64,000 nucleotides of DNA, taken from Phoronis australis (lineage: Eukaryota; Animalia; Phoronida). Under the pieces are notes generated by a model. It was given only the letters and a program-made list of their open reading frames with translations, searched no databases and was not told the origin of the DNA. This document shows, one piece after another, positions 61,921-64,000 of this stretch; position 1 is the first letter of the stretch; every line of letters starts with the position of its first letter. The position numbers and the translations under genes were made by a program. The stretch is from positions 1-64,000 of the forward strand of contig NMRA01000263.1 of assembly GCA_002633005.1 (NCBI GenBank). The letters are read 5' to 3'.

Positions 61921-64000
61921 CTATAGACCATTGAAACTAGATCCCAGTGAAATGAAAACCGAAAGCATCTGGTATAAATACCTGCCCTTGACATTAACTT
62001 TTTCTTTCAGAAGAAAGGCTTTATGCTAATGGTAAAAACTTTTCAATTTGGTACACATTATGGGGAAATGACATTCAGTGACTGCATCGATTGTCTTATT
62101 GTCAGTAATGCCCGTTAATGTTACACTTTCATGATCGAATAAATTTTTCATCAACAGGCAAGTTTGTCACTAATTATTGAAACCACAATATTTCTTCAGT
62201 TTTAAAGCCCCATACGGTGCAGTTGTGCTTATTCTTTATAAAGCTGAAATGATTACCGATTACGCTTACGAATTGTCCTTTTCCTGTTGACCTATAGAAA
62301 TGTACAGCGATCAAAATGAAGTATTCCCTTTGTTTGCATTTGATTTGTTTATGTGTATAATTATTTTTAGAGCTTTCTTAAGAAGGCCTTTGAACAATTT
62401 TAAGTTTTGTATTAACTTGTCTACAACAACAGTTCCACAAGCAAGAAAAGTATGTTTTCAAATGTAGCGAGCAGAATAAGAATCTGCTATGCAAAAGTTT
62501 CTAAAATAAAAAATTATCAGTGTATTTAAAAACAAAATGGCAAACTGAACAACCACATACACACAAAGAAACAACATTATTAAAAACAATTGTAATTTTC
62601 CCAATGCAATAGAGTCCATAATCAGGCATATCAAGGGCTGACTTTCTGAATTAGGATCAATTCTCTCATGTTATTGCTGAAGGATTGCTTTTCACTTTGT
62701 CCAAAGGTAAAATAAACGGTCAGGCGGCTGGTTTCAGTCGTTTTCTTTCACCTGTAACAGAATTGTCAGAGAAATATTAGCAAATTATTTAAGAAAACAC
62801 AAGACAAAACTACTTTTGTAAGCCAGAAAATACTTGACGTCTCATCCTCATGTTATATGTAGAAATTAATAATCTTTGTACCCAAGTCTTATTTAAGATC
62901 TGAATTAAAATATGTGAAACAGGCTAAAAGTGATATAACAATGTGTATTTTTCATGACACCTACAATGTGTGTCTGATCTCAACAAGTCATATTCATTAT
63001 AGGTGTCAATTTTTATTCCAGTGCAATGTTACGCTATTTACTGAATAGCTTATTCATGTTAATTCGGTAACTAATTTGGTAGTCCTGGGGGTGGGGTCCG
63101 CTATAAAATAAGGAAACTCACTCATCTACAGAATTTTATTGGACACAGCATAGTTTTGAATAGAAACTGCTGTTAAAAACTCCCCCTTGACTTTTGAGCG
63201 TCACGTACCATGTACCTCTTATGTTGGGCGAGTCCTGGGGGAGTTTCCGAAAAGAAACACGTAGTTCCACTCAATAAACCCATTATTCAGTGGGGTAGCT
63301 GGTGAGGATAACATCACCGATGTCGATAGAAACTGATTGCTAAAAACTTACCAAGTAACGTTATGTAGTCTCTCAATGGAAATGCATAGAGCTCACACGG
63401 GGCTTCGGCTTCGGCACAGCCAAGTGTTATGTCATACCAAAGAGCTATACCAGGTATTGGTCATACATCCCATGAGTGTGGGAGCATTAGACATCAGTGG
63501 CCAACCTCAGCGTCTATATATGTATCATAGGAGAAAACTAGTTGCCAATTTCTCTTATAATATTTGATTTTAAAAATTCAAAGACGGGCACTATTTACTT
63601 TTCAATTTTAAAAACCGTCTTGTGGCTCGTTTATGGAAGTTTTGACTTTGAAACTCGTACGCTAACCAGGCGTGTTGGTATACGAGAGCAATTAGCTCCG
63701 CATTCATACAGCACGTTCCGCCAGGCGATGTGCAAATGGACTTCACTGAATACTCTGGGGTAAACGGTGCACGCTTTCTCGTCCACTTTCACGTGAAAAT
63801 CATGTAAGCGTAACCGATTTGCCTAAAGCACACACCTTAATAGTGAAACCTGTCATTCATACTCTGTGGTCAATAAATAGTCTATTGTGCCTTTAGTAGT
63901 TATCATACCTTGTGACCTTTTATCATTCATTTTGTGCATCCACTGTAAACTACCATCTCCATCGTCTTGCGGTCTTTTCAGTTTGTGTAGCGCAAACGCT

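Noticed and set aside
1-64000. Hammerhead or HDV-like ribozymes
   Set aside because: The CTGATGA/CTGACGA sites inspected by eye lacked stem II plus GAAA. A covariance-model scan would be needed to exclude them fully.

Overview
AT-rich, intron-containing, repeat-dense eukaryotic DNA, most likely from a marine invertebrate (inferred from the transposon spectrum; not provable here). No rRNA, intact tRNA or CRISPR array was seen. The host-gene content is a head-to-tail cluster of three paralogous spliced genes on the + strand encoding a stand-alone ATP-grasp ligase that resembles the C-terminal catalytic half of carnosine synthase (CARNS1). Copy 2 (17494-21119, 460 aa) and copy 3 (34421-40793, 461 aa) have four coding exons, canonical GT-AG phase-0 introns and open frames. 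Copy 1 (480-2048) is a truncated, splice-damaged pseudogene close to copy 2. Most other recognisable sequence is decayed mobile DNA: RTE-X-like, L1/Tx1 and CR1 LINEs; Kolobok/THAP, Academ-like, Sola2-like and ISL2EU-like remnants; MITEs; a Deu/Nin-type SINE; and a three-level nested insertion at 51.8-55.9 kb. Family assignments come from recalled motifs, not database searches.
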